Positions 62,531 through 64,000 of a DNA stretch of 64,000 bases are shown here, piece after piece. The DNA lies in NCBI GenBank assembly GCA_964016885.1, contig OZ024740.1, positions 432,946,001 through 433,010,000 of the forward strand, in the 5' to 3' direction. The stretch comes from Eledone cirrhosa. Taxonomy: Eukaryota. The notes under the pieces are model-generated. The model saw only the letters and a list, made by a program, of their open reading frames with translations. It was not told where the DNA came from and ran no database searches. Every line of letters starts with the position of its first letter. The first letter of the stretch is position 1. A program made the position numbers and the translations under genes.

Positions 62531-62717
62531 GGCAGTGGATTGGCAGTATCGGTAGAGGGTCGGACGCCATGCTTTGACGCATAGAGTTACGGCCCTTGCC
62601 ATTCTGAGTTCAAATCCCGCCGAGGTTAACTTTGCCTTTCATTCTTACGGGGTCGATAGAATAAAGTACTAGTAATGCACTGGGATAATTGCTGGCCTTG
62701 TGCCAAAAGTAGAAACA
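62531..62717 (+). mobile_element. tRNA-derived SINE, full length with TSD
   Basis: A-box-like TGGCAGTATCGG and B box GAGTTCAAATCCC. Perfect 18-bp TSD ATTATTATCTCTATACTG at 62513-62530 and 62718-62735. Confidence 0.9.
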
Positions 62718-62792
62718 ATTATTATCTCTATACTGAATTGAAAAGGAACTTTTTAGATTAGACTTTGGAAAGTTGAGGTCATAGCAGGAATA

Positions 62793-63241
62793 TAATGATG
62801 GTAGTGGTGGTGGTGATGGTGGTCGATAATGGTGGTGGTGGTGGTGATGGTAGTGGTGGTGAAGATAATGATGGTGATAATAAGGATGGTGGTGATGATG
62901 ATGGTAGTGGTGGTGGTGATGGTGGTGAAGATAATGATGGTGATAATAAGGATGGTGGTGATGATGATGGTGGCGGTGATGGTGGTGAAGATAATGATGG
63001 TGATAATAAGGATGGTGGTGATGATGATGGTAGTAGTGGTGGTGGTGATGGTGGTGAAGATAATGGTGATAATAAGGATGGTGGTGATGATGATGGTAGT
63101 AGTGGTGGTGGTGATGGTGGTGAAGATAATGGTGATAATAAGGATGGTGGTGATGATGATGGTAGTAGTGGTGGTGGTGGTGAAGATAATGATGGTGATG
63201 ATAAGGATGGTGGTGATGATGATGATGATAAAGATGATGAC
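62793..63241. repeat. GGT/GAT trinucleotide repeat with about 54-63 bp higher-order units
   Basis: Recurrent GGTGAAGATAAT(GAT)GGTGATAATAAGGATGGTGGTGATGATGAT blocks. Confidence 0.92.
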
Positions 63242-63314
63242 AAAAAAGTAGCCAAGCCATGTAAGACTCCTAATGACATACCTGCAGAATGTAAGGAAAT
63301 TTTTAAAAACTGGA

Positions 63315-63452
63315 TTGCTAGAATCTGTTAGAATGTGCTAAAATGTGCCAGAATTTTCCATAATCTGTTAGATTTGCTAGAATGTGCCAGAATCTGTTAG
63401 ATCTGCTAGAATCTGTTAGATTTGCTAGAATCTGCTAGAATGTGCTAGAATC
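63315..63452. repeat. Degenerate 9-10 bp tandem repeat (TGCTAGAATC)
   Basis: Directly visible. Confidence 0.82.
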
Positions 63453-63629
63453 AGCCAAGACATTTAGTTTAATGTTTCTATAAGAAACTACAAGATTTCA
63501 GATTATTTTTATATCAATTTTTTTAAATAACTGAGATGATATTATGGGATATAATAATTTAGAACTTTACTGTTCATGAGGGTTGATAAAAAATACTGAA
63601 TTGAATATAGGAAAAAGTATCGTATTTTC

Positions 63630-63775
63630 TTTCTTTTAGTGGTTAGGGTGTTGGACTCATGAACATAAAGTTGTGGGTTTGATTCTTGAACCAGATAGTG
63701 AATAATGTTCTTGAGCAAGACATTTTATTTCATGTTGCTCCAGTCCAGTCACCTAAAGAAAAATGAGTACCCGCA
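63630..63775 (+). mobile_element. Old tRNA-derived SINE of a second family
   Basis: TAGTGGTTAGGGTGTTGGACT...GGGTTTGATTC (A/B-box-like) followed by CTTGAGCAAGACATTTTATTTCATGTTGCTCCAGTC, a conserved SINE central-domain-like motif. Confidence 0.6.
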
Positions 63776-64000
63776 GCAACTGCGGGTTAATCTCTGCAAA
63801 GACTGGTGTTTTGCTTAGCGGGAAGTCTTTTCTTGATAGAATTTGAACCCCTATCATTAAAACATCCAAGAAACCTCCTGTGAGATGCAACCTTGTTAGA
63901 GGTCAATTAAACCTGTAAATGTGCAAGCTGTAACAATGACAATAATAACTATTATCAGTGAGATACTCAGAGTATATTACTCTTTTACCTGTTCCAGCCA

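Noticed and set aside
62531-62625. tRNA gene
   Set aside because: A/B boxes are present, but the sequence continues into a SINE body with a TSD, has several copies here and forms no convincing cloverleaf.
62610-63331. His-rich, Pro/Ser-rich or Gly/Asp-rich ORFs
   Set aside because: Translations of a GGT/GAT microsatellite, open in four frames, with one running into a SINE.

Overview
AT-rich eukaryotic, repeat-dominated window with no supportable host protein-coding gene. The SINE/MITE sequences resemble families I recall from octopus genomes; this is an inference, not a database result. Contents in order: (1) a >27 kb AGTGAC(AAC)2-3 satellite with kb-scale higher-order duplications; (2) RTE-LINE and DD37D (maT) Tc1/mariner relics; (3) a nested insertion, where a decayed RTE LINE is split by a TTAA piggyBac-like MITE whose interior has amplified into a 72-bp satellite, itself interrupted by a near full-length disrupted L1/Tx1-like LINE; (4) a 256-copy 18-bp quasi-palindromic minisatellite that grew in frame inside the same RTE ORF; (5) about 6.4 kb of interrupted (TA)n; (6) two Penelope-like relics with inverted terminal copies, one carrying intact-looking minimal hammerhead ribozyme motifs; (7) a young non-autonomous Gypsy-like LTR element inserted into a tRNA-derived SINE; (8) further SINEs, MITEs and microsatellites. 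Almost all long ORFs in the track are repeat artefacts. I see no clear novel multi-gene system. The most interesting signals are satellite birth from transposons, the ribozyme motifs and the odd LTR ends.
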